64,000 bases of DNA, from positions 71,920,001 through 71,984,000 of the forward strand of contig OZ076414.1 of assembly GCA_964187785.1 (NCBI GenBank). Reading direction: 5' to 3'. Below, one piece after another: positions 36,842 through 49,288 of the stretch. The notes under the pieces are model-generated. The model ran no database searches. It saw nothing but the letters and a program-made list of their open reading frames with translations, and was not told where the DNA came from. This stretch comes from Amphiscolops sp. MND2022 (lineage: Eukaryota). The first letter of the stretch is position 1, and each line of letters starts with the position of its first letter. The translations under genes and the position numbers were made by a program.

Positions 36842-39046
36842 AGAAGTTCATGGTGAAACTCGGTAAACTTCCCGGTATGAAATTTTTGCCAATTTATTGA
36901 TGAATCGCTCAAGCAGGTTGATACAAGTGGAAAACAACGTTGAAATATTATCGCATAAAAGGTTCCTTTAGGGTACAAACGGCATCTTCCTAATAGGTTC
37001 TTATCGAACTTGCCTAATGTCTAACCGGTACTAAGATGACAATTTTTTGTTTGACATGTTATGAATTAGTCTTTAGAGAGCGTAGCGAACGTTGTAAGAA
37101 AATTAGTAGTGAAGCGATCTTTGAAACGTCAAAAGTTGTGTAGTAGTTTCTGCCACGGCCAAGTTGTTCGTTTACTTTTAAATTTCAAATTAGAAACAAA
37201 AGGACTAACAAAGTTAGAGAAGACGTACAAAACAACCCAATATACAAATTCTGTTGTTGAAAATGGAGTTATTTTATTTGATTCCGTTCAACTCGTGATT
37301 TTTGTGTCAATTTGTTTTGGAAAAATGAACATCGGCTCCGTTGATGCAGTACGGGAAAAGCACTGAGTAACAGCAATGTGTATTTTTTCAATTCGAAATT
37401 CGTAACCTTATGAAGCCATAATAGCTCTAAGCAAATTAAAGAATGGCTGTAAGATGCCCTTGGGTAGGCACCGAAAATTATGCACAGGTGTTCCAGGTGC
37501 AGGCTCTTACTATAATCACCGGCAAGATCACCGATAAAATCACCCATAACATCACCGACTGTCGATACCCTTGTTGAAACTGCTTGAACTTTTTGCATGC
37601 CATCAACTTTTATTATGACTTTCTGAAACTCTTACGAAAACTTTCATGCGTGCATGTTGAAGGTAATACTCAATCCAAACTTTGGTCGTTTAACCCTAAT
37701 CAACCCAGCGTGGAAAATGACTTGTAATTCTACATGTTTACCATCCGAAGTTAGCTCAATTTTCTAATTTTAAAAAGTAACCCTGCATGCAGGATTGCAG
37801 CATGTAAAATGTTTCTGAAGTTTCAACTAGGGTAAGGAACTTCAGTTGAAAGTTCAATTCTGGTCAAGAACGCACTAATAGCATTGACTAAATGATCTTG
37901 TCAAATCTAGCGTTTCCGAAACTTGTTTGGCAAAAGACGAAAGTTTTGACAAAAAACGAAAAGGAGCCAATATGCCCTAACTTGAAAAATGTGACAATTA
38001 GGAAGAATGTCATTTTTAAAAATTTTTTCAAGATTTTTTTTTCGAGAAATTCGTGAAAAAACTTGTAATTTAGATTCAGAGCTACCTGAGGAGTATTCTT
38101 AAACTGGCATTGTTTGTTTTTTTTGACAAAAAATATCACCAAATACATCGCAACTTGGTCGAAAATTGACGAATACGAAGTTTCCATAACCTAAGGAATT
38201 GTTTTGGGAAAGAGATTTTGAAAGCTTTCAAAGATTTTTTTCAAGATATTTAGACAATGTTTTCAGATTTTAATTTTTGTGAAACATTTTTAAGCAATTG
38301 GGCCATTTCAACCTGAGCCAAGGCAAGCAAAAATGTAAAAAAGGCAAGCAATTTCAACGAGGGATGACTGTCGAAAAGAGAATTGGAATCCAGATGACGT
38401 AAATATGCATTTCGAATGAGAACGTTTCAATTTGTGAGTGGTGTGAAAACATTCGTCGACAATGAAGAAAGAAACGGAAACACATTTGCTTCCGGTTAAG
38501 GAATTGAAATTGAACGAATTGAAAATTCTCACTCAAAGACGTGAAATTGGCTTTGTGTTGTGAAAGATGTCGAAAATATTGTATAGCTATCCTCTGTGGC
38601 GAAGCAGTAGATCAGATTAGAAACTATTCTGATTAGATTTGGTCTGAGAAAAAGATACTTGAATTTAAGTCGAAAATCCGTAAATTTTGGAATTTCATGT
38701 ATTTTTTGCAAAAAAACGACGACAATTTCTCTCGAATAAATTTTCGCAAAAAGGTAGTTTTGCTCCTTGTACGGAAACATTGACATCGTATGAGTTTGCA
38801 AGTCCGAGATATAGGATTTCAAAACAAGAAAAATAGATTAAAAAATCATATTTTCATGTTTTTTCGGAAAAAAATCATGAGGACGAAATTTTTCAAACTT
38901 TTATTCAGCAAGTTTTCAGTTTAGGCAAGTTCTGAATGTTGATAAAGCCATGAATCGTGTTGTTGCGTGAACTCATTTGTTATGTTCAGTGTGCAATGAA
39001 GTATATTTCGAATTGTATTCACAAATGTACAAGTTTACAACTTTAC

Positions 39047-39289
39047 TTTCAACTCTGACTCATCATTAGTTTGTTTCGATGCTACATTTTATGAATAGTT
39101 TGTGAACAACAATCACTTTTGGTTGGAAATTTCACAGAGAAGTCTTCATTGACGTTATGCTTTTACAAATAGAAATTACTTGAAATGAATCAATCGTAAC
39201 TTTGATTTATCCAACCCATGATGGAAAAAAGAGATTCTTTCAATTAAATCCCCAGTTTTCCCCGGGGCCCACGCCAGATAACCGTGAAA
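39047..39289 (+). repeat. Copia 5' LTR (TTTCA...TGAAA)
   Basis: Direct repeat of 44017-44259 with one G/A difference. Confidence 0.95.
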
Positions 39290-39303
39290 GGTTATGGGCC
39301 CAG
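39290..39303 (+). promoter_or_regulatory. PBS GGTTATGGGCCCAG, complementary to the anticodon arm of initiator tRNA-Met (half-tRNA priming type)
   Basis: Exact complement of CTGGGCCCATAACC in tRNAiMet; the same PBS is used by Drosophila copia. Confidence 0.9.
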
Positions 39304-39884
39304 GGAAAATCCCCACCTGCTAAAAACGATTGTCTGAAGTTGCCTATCTGGAAAGAACCCAGCAAAAAAAACCCGAAAACATCTTCCAGTTTTCAATTTT
39401 TCCAAAATGTTATGGAACATTGAGTACGCGAAAAGTCCAAAAGTTTGCTGAGCAACATCCTACGTCTAACCAACACAAAGGACCCGTTGTCTTGAAGGCA
39501 GAAATTTTTTAAAAAAGAACATTAAACTCAAATTTTCTTTCAAATTGTGCTAAAAAAGTCAGTAGTTGAAACGTAAATTTTTGGGTCCATTTCCATTTTG
39601 AAAAATTTTATAAAATATAAACGGTTGAACTGGCTCTATGATAACGTTTTTAGTCCAGTAAGCCAATATCGAACATAGAATTGTTCGCTGGTTGTGATAA
39701 ATTTGAAAACAAAAAACTCATTTTGTGACTTTTGTTCGAATTCCAATGAATGGATAATTCTATCCAATAGTCGAAAATAATTCACTGCAGTAGTACATTT
39801 GTAGATTTGACATTATTTTTGTTCAATTCCATACTTCCTTGATTGTTTGTTGTCTGTTGCTTGTGTTGTTGAGTGCTGTAGCGT

Positions 39885-42800
39885 ATGATGATGGCTGATA
39901 ATTTGTTTGAAGACGGTGTTGGGAAGCTCAGTCGTGTCCTTTTCAGTGGAAAAGAGGATGATTTCACATACTTCCAAGAACAGTTTGAGGCTCGTATGTA
40001 TTGTTTGAAATTGTTGGATGTAATGGAACGTCGCGTAACAGAGAAAGAGATGGAACAAAAGTTGAGAGAAGGAACTAATCAGGAAGGACGTAACAAAGCA
40101 AAGGAGAAGGCTGAAAGTATGATGAAAGATAAGAAAAGAATGATCTGGTGTGAGTTGGTGCAGGCGTTAGACAAAACTAATGTCTTGTACCTGAGGTCTT
40201 ACAAAGGCGACGGACCGAAGGCTTGGGAGGTACTACAAGCAAAGTACAAAAGTTATGAGAGAAACTAACAAGTCTGCGGAAGTTGCCATCGGAGAACATA
40301 ACTGAGTACATTTGTCGCGCGGAGACATGTCAATATGAGTTGAAACAAGTTGGAGAGGCTGTAACAGAGAAAATGTTAGTCGCAATGGTTTTGAAGGGAC
40401 TCCCACGAGAGTATGAGACGTTCGTGACGCTGGTCAAGTTCAGTTGTGAGTCCAAGAGCCTCGATGAAATCAAGAGAGACCTGATTAATTTTGAGAGTGA
40501 CAGGAAAATGAAGATCAAGGGAGATGTCAGCGATTCGGTATTGTACGTGGGAAAACCAACACGAATCAAATGCTACAACTGTAATGAAGAAGGTCACAAA
40601 GCAATCAATTGTCGCAACCAAGATAATGTTTTTTGCTCCAACTTTCACAAGAAAGGTCATTTTACCAAAGACTGTAGAGCCAAACGACATGGCAACCAAG
40701 AAAACAGTAACCAAGGCAATAGTAGGTTTTGCTCATGGTGTAAAAGAAATGGCCATACAGTGCGAAACTGTTTCCAGAAAAACAAAGCAATGAGAAGTGA
40801 GATCATTTGTGACAAATGTAAAAGAAAAGGGCATAAAGCGGAGGATTGCTTTGCTGGCAGGACATCTGAAAAAGTGAATTTTGTTGGTGACGAAGATGGA
40901 AAAGACGAATTCAGTTTCTTCATAAACACTGGTTTTCGTGCTGTTTTTGTCATCGACTCAGGGTGTAGTAATTACATGATAAAAGATAAACACTTTTTCG
41001 TTGATTTGGACGAGAACGACTATGGTGCCTATGAATGTGCTAACGGAACTAATTCTAAAATAGAAGGCAGAGGAAGAGCTGAGTTCTATGCAACCAAGAG
41101 TAATGGTGATTCTGCAAAAATTATTCTCAAAGACGCGCTGTATACACCAAGAAATGGTCAGAACCTGCTATCCGTAGCCAAGTTGAAAGAAGCCGGCGCT
41201 TCTTTCCATTTTGCAGAGCGCGATGAGATAGTAACGAAGGATGGAACCATTTTTGCGTTGGAACCAAGAAACAGTAACCAATCCCACAATTGACATGGAT
41301 AGCAATCATTGTAACCAAGAGGAGCAGTGTTTTGCATCAAGTCTGAAAGTTTGGCATGAGCGCTTGGGGCATACTAACTACAACGACTTGAAACGGTTAT
41401 CAGAACATGTCGAAGGGATGAAGATAAGTAACAAAGATGAAGCCATTTGCGGATGTTGTGAAACAAACAAATCTAAAAGAAGGCCGGTACCAAAAGATAC
41501 AATTACTCGTGCAACTGAGGTACTCGAAATTGTTCACACGGATGTTTTGGGTCCTATTGCGAACGAGTCACCTGAGAACTTCAAGTATGCAATTGGTTTT
41601 GTGGATAGCTTCTCCCGATTCATCAAAGTGTACTTCATGAGAAGCAGGGATGAAGTTCTGGAAAAATTTCAGCAGTTTTGTTCTGATATAGGAAATCCAC
41701 GCATGGTTGTCAGTGATGGTGCAAAGGAATTCACATCTTCTGAGTTCAGATCATTCTGTCGTAAGCGTGGAATAAGACATGAAACATCGGCACCTTATAC
41801 CCCGGAGGAGAATGGGAAAATTGAAAGAGTCTGGGGAACAGTGGTTGGAATGACAAGATGTATGTTAGACAATGCCAGTTTGGGGAAACAATATTGGCCG
41901 TATGCACTCAATTATGCATTTTACGTGAAGAACTTCTGTTTACATTCTGCAATTGGAATGACACCATATGAGCGCATGTACGGTGTGAAACCCAATATTG
42001 AATTTTTGCGAACATTTGGTTGTACGTCCTATATCTTCATTGAGAAGCAGTTTCGTAAGAAGCTGGACAAAACAGCGGAAGTCGGAGTGTTTCTAGGCTT
42101 CAGTGATAACTCCAAAACCTATATCGTGGGAATACCAAAAACAGATGGATCACTGAGAATCATGAAATCACGAAACGTTAAATTCGAGGAGGGAAAGATG
42201 TTCATGAAGCAACATGCGATTTATGGTCCAAGTTCATCAAATAACCAAGACTATACAGAAAACCAAATTTCATCACATGACATCCAACCAAATCCAATCA
42301 GCACTAACGACAACAACACTAATAGCCACGTCAGTCGAATCCATAGAAAGTCAACAATTGACGAGCAATTCAGCTTTGTAGCGGAGGTTGAAGATACTCT
42401 AATTTTGAACGAAGAGGTACCAAAATCTGTCAACGAAGCTTTGAAGGAAACAAGTTGGGTGAAAGCAATGGAAGACGAACTCCAATCGTTGAAAGACAAT
42501 AAAGTGTGGGATCTTGTGGAGCTACCAGACGGGAAGAATTCGATCGGCAGTCGTTGGCACTTCACAGGAAGTTCGGACCGAATGGAAAGCCATGTCGACA
42601 TAAGGCAAGGTTCGTGGCAAAGGGATTTAGTCAACGTGAAGGAATTGACTACAAGGAGACATACTCTCCCACCGCTCGCTTGTCAACAGTTCGGGTAGTC
42701 ATGAACATTGCTGCACAAAATAGTTGGCAAATAAAGCAGCTCGACATCAAGACAGCCTATTTGAACGCTAATGTCGATGCCGACATTTTCATGAAACAGC

Positions 42801-43981
42801 CTGAAGGTTTCGAGGAGAAAGGCCCCAACGGAGAAAAACTTGTTTGTAAGTTGAACAAAAGCTTGTATGGTCTTAAACACTCTGGGAGAAACCGGTACTA
42901 TACGTTGAAAGCTTTTCTAGAAAAAATTGGTTTCGTTGTATGTGTCCATGACAGTTGTTTGTTTGTGAGGCACGTGAATGATTGTGTGAATGCTGTTGTG
43001 TGTGTGTGGGTTGATGATATCATTTATTGTGGAAAGGATGATGACTTTGTTGATTGGTTTGAGAAAGAAGTAAAAACAAAGTTCCGTGTGAGTGAATGTT
43101 GTATGTTGAGTTGGTTTCTGGGAAAGAACGTGACTGTGAATGAAACTTCGATTACTGTTAACCAAGAAAAGTACATTGAGAATCTATTGAAAAAATTTGG
43201 TATGAGTGATTGTAAGGCTCTTAGTACACCGATGGCTGAGCATGTGAAACTGACCAAAGACATGTGTCCTCTGAAAGGTAGTGACGAAGAAAGAGTGATG
43301 AGTGAACGTAACTATCGTGGTTTAGTTGGAAGTTTGAACTATCTGTCTTTGTCAAGCAGGCCTGATATTGCTCAAGCTTCGCATGTCCTCAGTTCCTTTT
43401 TGGAAAACCCTGGCGAGCAGCACTGGGTAGCGGCTAAACACGTTTTGAGATATTTACAGAGAACAAAGGATCTGTGTCTGACGTTTAAAAAGCGTGACAG
43501 TGGAATGGGCCTTGTTGGTTATTCTGATTCTGATTGGGCTGGAAATGAAGATCATCGTAAGAGTACATCCGGTTATTGCTTCAAGTTGAATGAATCATCA
43601 GCATGTGTGAGTTGGCTGAGTAAAGTACAAGGTACTGTAGCCACATCCACTGCTGAAGCTGAAATGAATGCTTGTGTGAGTGCTGCCCAAGAGTCTGTTT
43701 ATCTGACTGGTTTGTTGCGTGAGTTGAGTGTGCCTGTTGTTGAACCTGTATGTTTGTACGTTGACAATCAGGCAAGTATAGAATTGAGCAAAAATTCATT
43801 GCACCATGGTAAAACAAAACAATTTGCCACAAAACTACATTTCATTCGCGATTTATGCGAAAAGCAAAAAGTGAAGTTATTATACACTCCAACCGACAAA
43901 CAACCAGCGGATATTTTGACCAAAAGCTTGGGAAGAAACAAAACCCAAACATTTCGAAAATTTTTGTTAGGGAACATGTAG
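39885..43981 (+). pseudogene. gag-pol: Copia gag-pol polyprotein split by three frame disruptions (near 40270, 41270 and 42560)
   Basis: CCHC knuckles; FVIDSGCSNYM (protease); WHERLGH..CGCC (pre-integrase); VHTDVLGP/SDGAKEF/PEENGKIER (integrase DDE); KARFVAKGFSQ, QLDIKTAYLN, SLYGLK, WVDDII (RT); YSDSDWAG..RKSTSGY..STAEAE..DNQAS..ADILTK (RNase H). Confidence 0.95.
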
Positions 43982-44003
43982 GTGAGGGTCAAAATGTAGC
44001 GCC

Positions 44004-44016
44004 GAAAAGGCGGGGG
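44004..44016 (+). promoter_or_regulatory. Polypurine tract GAAAAGGCGGGGG
   Basis: Abuts the first base of the 3' LTR. Confidence 0.85.
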
Positions 44017-44259
44017 TTTCAACTCTGACTCATCATTAGTTTGTTTCGATGCTACATTTTATGAATAGTTTGTGAACAACAATCACTTTTGGTTGGAAAT
44101 TTCACAGAGAAGTCTTCATTGACATTATGCTTTTACAAATAGAAATTACTTGAAATGAATCAATCGTAACTTTGATTTATCCAACCCATGATGGAAAAAA
44201 GAGATTCTTTCAATTAAATCCCCAGTTTTCCCCGGGGCCCACGCCAGATAACCGTGAAA
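44017..44259 (+). repeat. Copia 3' LTR
   Basis: Direct repeat of 39047-39289. Confidence 0.95.
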
Positions 44260-44817
44260 TTTACAACAGTCAATGCCAAGTTTATTCTCCGTCTAGGAAC
44301 TCAGTTATCCACATTTAAGAAGATACAGCATGTTGCACTTGACTTGAAACCTGTTTCCAGAGTTAAATAGCATCCAGTTCTAACAGACCTCCGCAAGAAG
44401 AGAAGAGTAGAATAGCAAAGGCCAGTGTTATTGTGTGGGTAGCAAGCATCGGAGGCGAGGAATCCAGAAAACTCGCAGTGTACGCTGCGCCGGCTGCCTG
44501 CTTGCACGCAACTCGCTCTTTTAACAATTCATCTTGTATTTCTGTATCTACAATATATGTTCAATATTTTTGTTGTAACTTCCGCTTTTTGTTGAATATC
44601 GGTAAATAATGGTGGGGAATCTTTGGTTGCAGGACGTTTAGACAGGATACTCTCAGCTACTCAGATTATACTAGCTCTTTTCCTCTATACTCTACTTGTT
44701 AAGAGTTGGGGTGTCTCGACTTGAATGGAGTGGAATGGGATGGAATTGCGTGCCCGTTTGCACTGGTGTGCTAGGGAGACATCGCAAGAGGACCAGCCGA
44801 TCTCCGAGGAGCAGAGG

Positions 44818-44950
44818 TCAGCCGATTCCACTGGCACAGGTGCTGAGACCACAGCCAAGCTCGGCACTGCTGGCCCACATCATCTGGGTGAGCCGGAAGA
44901 TGCCAGCGGGTCTCTGGCGCCCAATGTAGCACCAGGGGAAGTCTGCCCAG
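44818..44950 (-). pseudogene. CAP-superfamily (SCP/PR-1/CRISP) fragment
   Basis: RLTQMMWASSAELGCGLSTC resembles the GH(Y/F)TQ(V/M)VWxxSxxLGCG..C signature; GC-rich island; followed by CASGIG* with no intact continuation. Confidence 0.5.
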
Positions 44951-47900
44951 TGTTTTTGGTGTTGTTTTTTACATTTCGTCGCTTCTTCATGCAAGCCAGT
45001 ATGAAAGCAAAGAAAACAAGACAGAAATGTCGCAACATGCACGTTCTCTCAATGATTTTTGATAAAGTACCATAGGTTTTGAGATAAAGAGGAAGCTTTG
45101 AAAAATTTCTATGTTCTTCATGAGGTTCAAGATCGCTCGGTGCCCTCGTTTTCCTGCTTCTTTTTTCAAAATGAATTCTGTAAACTGCTTGCAAATTTTT
45201 AAGCTTTAAGCTTTTTAGAAACTGCTTGGAAGTTTTTCTAAACTTTTCCATGAAGAGTCGCTGAATTTTCCTTGTTTTATAAAAAAATGCCTGCATTTTA
45301 GACGGCGTTTTAGGAAAGTTTTGAAATATCTCACTACAACCAAAACCCAAAAGATTGGTACTAGTGGTGGTGTCAACGGTCATTGAGTAGAAGATGGTAG
45401 AAAGTGATATACAAAATTTTTTGATATTTTCTTAAACCCCAGTTGAACCTGCTGGGAACTTTTGCATGTTCATTCATGTTGCCAAGCACTTTCAGCATGA
45501 CTTTTGGAGTTTCACTCAAGAAAAAAGTTTCCCTGATGCAATGCTCTTTGTTCAGATATTTTACACAATTTCTATACACTTTGGCGAGTTTTCTGAAAAA
45601 CATCGATGAAATTTTAGACAAATTCCTTACAATATTTTGCAGTTTTGCGCAGGCAAACCTCAATTTTTGTAATAGGACGTAAACAAATACAGTGGTGTGT
45701 AACGATCACCTGCCGAGTCAGAAAATTCTTGAAAAATTCGTTCGAGGGACGAGATTTTTGCCGTCTCCAGTGCTGAAATAGTAATATTACGCAAAGGGAT
45801 ACCGTGTCTTTACCAAAAGACCTGCCAGAAGAATTAAAAAGGCCCAGAGCAATGAAAACAACAAAAAGGACCCTCTGAACAAGACGATAGCAAGAAGTTA
45901 CGGCCATTGTCAGAAAAAGGACTCAATTTCTGCCGACACGGACTGAACTTTATTTCCACCGCCGCTTTCATCAGCAAATCACCACAGAATGCTGTAATTA
46001 CCTAAAATGAGTCAGTTGGCTTAAGCAAGTATCCGTGCCTGTGTCCCCAACTAATTGTTGGCAAATGGTGCTAATCATGCGGTAAATTGCTTGTCACCTC
46101 CACCTTTTCGAGTTTTTTCCTTTTCCACCACCTCTATTTTTTAAAGGCTGTCTGAGCGATGGTTTCGAGGAAAAGGCGTAATTCGCGCTACTGACAGCAA
46201 TTAAAGACTGGATCAGGCCGGCGAGCACTTCACAAGCAGCGGAATCCTCCTGTGACGGGACAGTTTTTACCCGAAGGAGGCAAAATGGACTCATGGTCAT
46301 GGGCGCCTGTCCCGGGCAAATACCCATACCATGTGTTCCTCCATTTCTAAGGGCTACGGCGACAATGGTAAGAGCTTGTCGTTACATAGGGACGAATAAT
46401 TTATGGCGACCACAGAGGGATCGCTTCGAAGTGCTTCTCTTAATGGTTTTAAAAGAGCCGACCCTCTGGTGATTGACGCCAAGAACGACCCGACTCTGAG
46501 GAAAAGGAGCAAGAAGGAGAGTTTTCTATTGTTTTATCATGTGCGTGTATCATTCGGAGCTTTGCGCCCGGTGGATAAAGGTAAATTGTGCAAAAAAAAG
46601 CGCTGAATGTTGTGATTTTGCCGCTTTCTTAGTTGTTTACAGGTATCAGTCGAAATAGACAATCGGGTTACCTCTTAACGGGTTACTTGCAAAAATTGGT
46701 CTGGAAGGCCGTTATAAGGCAGCTAGAGTTTTTAACAGGTGTTTTGCAGCCTTTTTCAGCTCTTTAAGACCAACGAAGTAAGTATCAAAGAGAGGGTGAA
46801 CCTTGCTCAGACAAATTTTACAACTTACCAGAAGGGAGCCATGAGACTCACTGGTCCTTTTTCTCGTGCAGACATCCTAGAGGAATGGAAATTGATAGAA
46901 TCGTGGTACAAACGTCGAGGTGTCCAATGGTGCAATCCGTTTGTCTCTAGCTGGTTTGGATGATGAGCAAAGTGGAAAGGAAAATGTGACTCGTCAATCC
47001 GGGTTGTAAAAAAGCCGAGTTAGGATCGAAAAAAATTTCGGTACCTCCAACTTTTGTGTGCAATCGTTTGCAAGTGTTACTACGAGCCTTCTGCAACTAC
47101 GTGTGTGCTTTTGCACCTGTTTTGTGCGAAAAAAGAGCGTTTTTTCATGTGTTTTCAGCAAAAAAAAGCCTATTTTCGCCTTTTTGAGGCAAAACACCTA
47201 CATGGGCGCGAGCGCTCTTGGTGCCAGCCACACCCCTACAAAAATTAAATAAGATAAGCTCAAAATCCCTATGGATTCGCAAAATTGCGTTCAAACACTC
47301 AAGGGTGCCTATCAGAGCACTTAGAGTATTTTTTGTGTGAAAAAATCCCGTTTTGAAAAATTGAGCACAACTGGCACGAAAAATCTTTGGGGGATAATGT
47401 CTAGGAGTTTTTGAACACCCCCGGATAGCTACTATTAGTTTTGGGCACACTTCACGATACCAAACGCTGTTCAATCTAGTTTTTGCAGCTACCACTTTCT
47501 GAGAAAAATTACAAAAACTGCGATTTTGAGGTTTTTCGATAGTGCCACTAAGTGAAACACAAATTGACCATTGACTAACTCTTTTGCATGTAATGTAGCC
47601 CCCGGGCTATCGTTTTCAATTACTACGTAAGTTTTTACGATCCGTGGCGCAGACCGCATGCAAAAAATCTTTTCCAGTTTTCCAGTGTTGAGAAAAGTTA
47701 AAAAACGCACTAAAAAACCTCAATTGTTCATTTTCCCGGACTGTCTCTGAGTTGGGTTCGATTGATTCTTGAACCCCACCTAAATTGTGGTTGCATTTTC
47801 GTAAACACCACTGAAATAAACGCTAGTGCCGAACATTTCACCAAATAAACGCTAGTTCACCAAAGTCGAGAAAAGCTCTCTGACGTTATGACTTCAGAAA

Positions 47901-48838
47901 GCCAAAACGGACCTGAAAAATCCAAAATTGCAGGACTGTCGGTGCCTTATACCTAACGGGCACAGCCAATTCAAGGTTTATCTCAGTGCTACGAGTCGTG
48001 GGGCAACACGTTTCCCAGCCGTACCACTTCTTGAGGTGACCTTCTTAGCCAATTTGCGCAATTTGCGAAAAAATAGTCAAAAATCAGTGCCTTTGTACAG
48101 GGTTGAAGGTTTAATTGAGCGTCCGCGCTAAAACTGAATTATCCCTGTGGCTTTGTGGACGGCTGTTGGTATCAGTTACTGAAGGTGGTGCGAAATTTTG
48201 CAACACTTGTTGAAAAATTGACGAAATTAGACTGCATAGAAAAGCGCACCAAAAGGCTGTTTTTCTGAATTTTTTTCCGAGTGAGCCCGGCACCTGAGTT
48301 GAAAAGTGAAACCTTGTTGCCACTCATCATCGTAACTGGTGCTGGTAAATACGTTGTTGTGGAAATCGTGACATTTCTAGCTTTTGTCAATGTTTCAAAA
48401 TTTTGAAATAAGCATGAAAAACAGTGCACCTAAAGAGTATAGGGTACCGCACGTCCAAATTAACATCAATCTTGGAAAAAGTCATTTGGCTCAAGACCAA
48501 TTTTGCTATAGTGTTGTACACCCACCACAGGGTTGCGTGGCCAATTTTCTAGTGATTCTGACGTTTAGACGCTGAGTACGAGCAATCTTGAAAAGTGTTT
48601 TTTTTTTTTGAAAAGTTTGAAAATTGAAAAAAAAACTTCATTGCGCGCGGGCTAACAGTTCAATAGGCTCCGAACGCTTGTTTTCCGACCCTACGCATCC
48701 GTTCTAATACACTGTGCAAATTTCGTATTGATACGACCACTAGATCGAATTTTGAACTTTTTGAGACGTGTCGAGGCGCTCTTTCCAGTTGAAAGGGGGG
48801 AGGGAGCACATACCGCAGCATGCTGAAGCACAAAAAGC

Positions 48839-49061
48839 GCCGGAGTCAACAGCACGTGAGGTCAACTTCAGTATCAGCGCAATATCTGACTTAACCTCAG
48901 ACCCCAAGGGGGACGATTGGCCAACTGATGACAGAGGGTCTGAAAAATTGGGCTCGATTATAAATATGTCATCAGTTGGCCAATCGTCCCCCTTGGGGTC
49001 TTAGGTTAAGTCAGATATTGCGCTGATACTGAAGTTGGCCTCACGTGCTGTTGACTCCGGC
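48839..49061. repeat. 95-bp inverted repeat (2 mismatches, 33-nt spacer)
   Basis: 48839-48933 is the reverse complement of 48967-49061. Confidence 0.95.
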
Positions 49062-49288
49062 ACTGAAGCCCAATTTTTCAGACCCTATGTCAGATAACGT
49101 ATCAGAAAAGTATCAGACCAAGGCGATTGCTAGAGCGACCGATGATATCTCGGAGCAGATGACACGGGAGCATGGCCCAACTCCAACAAGACCCACTGCG
49201 AGGAGGAAGTAGAAATAGGCTGTCTGAATGATACGGGACAGTTAAAGGCACCCAGCAGGGCAAGCGAAAGCACCGCACACACCACAGA

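Larger units (their letters stand above)
39047..44259 (+). mobile_element. Full-length, recently inserted Ty1/Copia retrotransposon with non-canonical termini
   Basis: 243-bp LTRs identical at 242/243 positions; TSD TTTAC at 39042-39046 and 44260-44264; PBS directly after the 5' LTR and PPT directly before the 3' LTR; domain order gag-PR-IN-RT-RH. Confidence 0.97.

Noticed and set aside
40330-44022. Numerous 60-130 aa antisense or alternate-frame ORFs over Copia and Gypsy coding regions
   Set aside because: They are shadows of the real reading frames and show no independent motifs
44260-44268. Canonical copia-like LTR end ...TTTACAACA for the 3' LTR
   Set aside because: Absent from the 5' LTR, where the PBS follows GTGAAA directly. 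TTTAC is better explained as the TSD, and neither LTR starts with TG.
46090-46965. Exon-like segments with splice signals on the + strand
   Set aside because: In-frame stops, an implausibly short intron and no recognisable protein; not supportable as a gene
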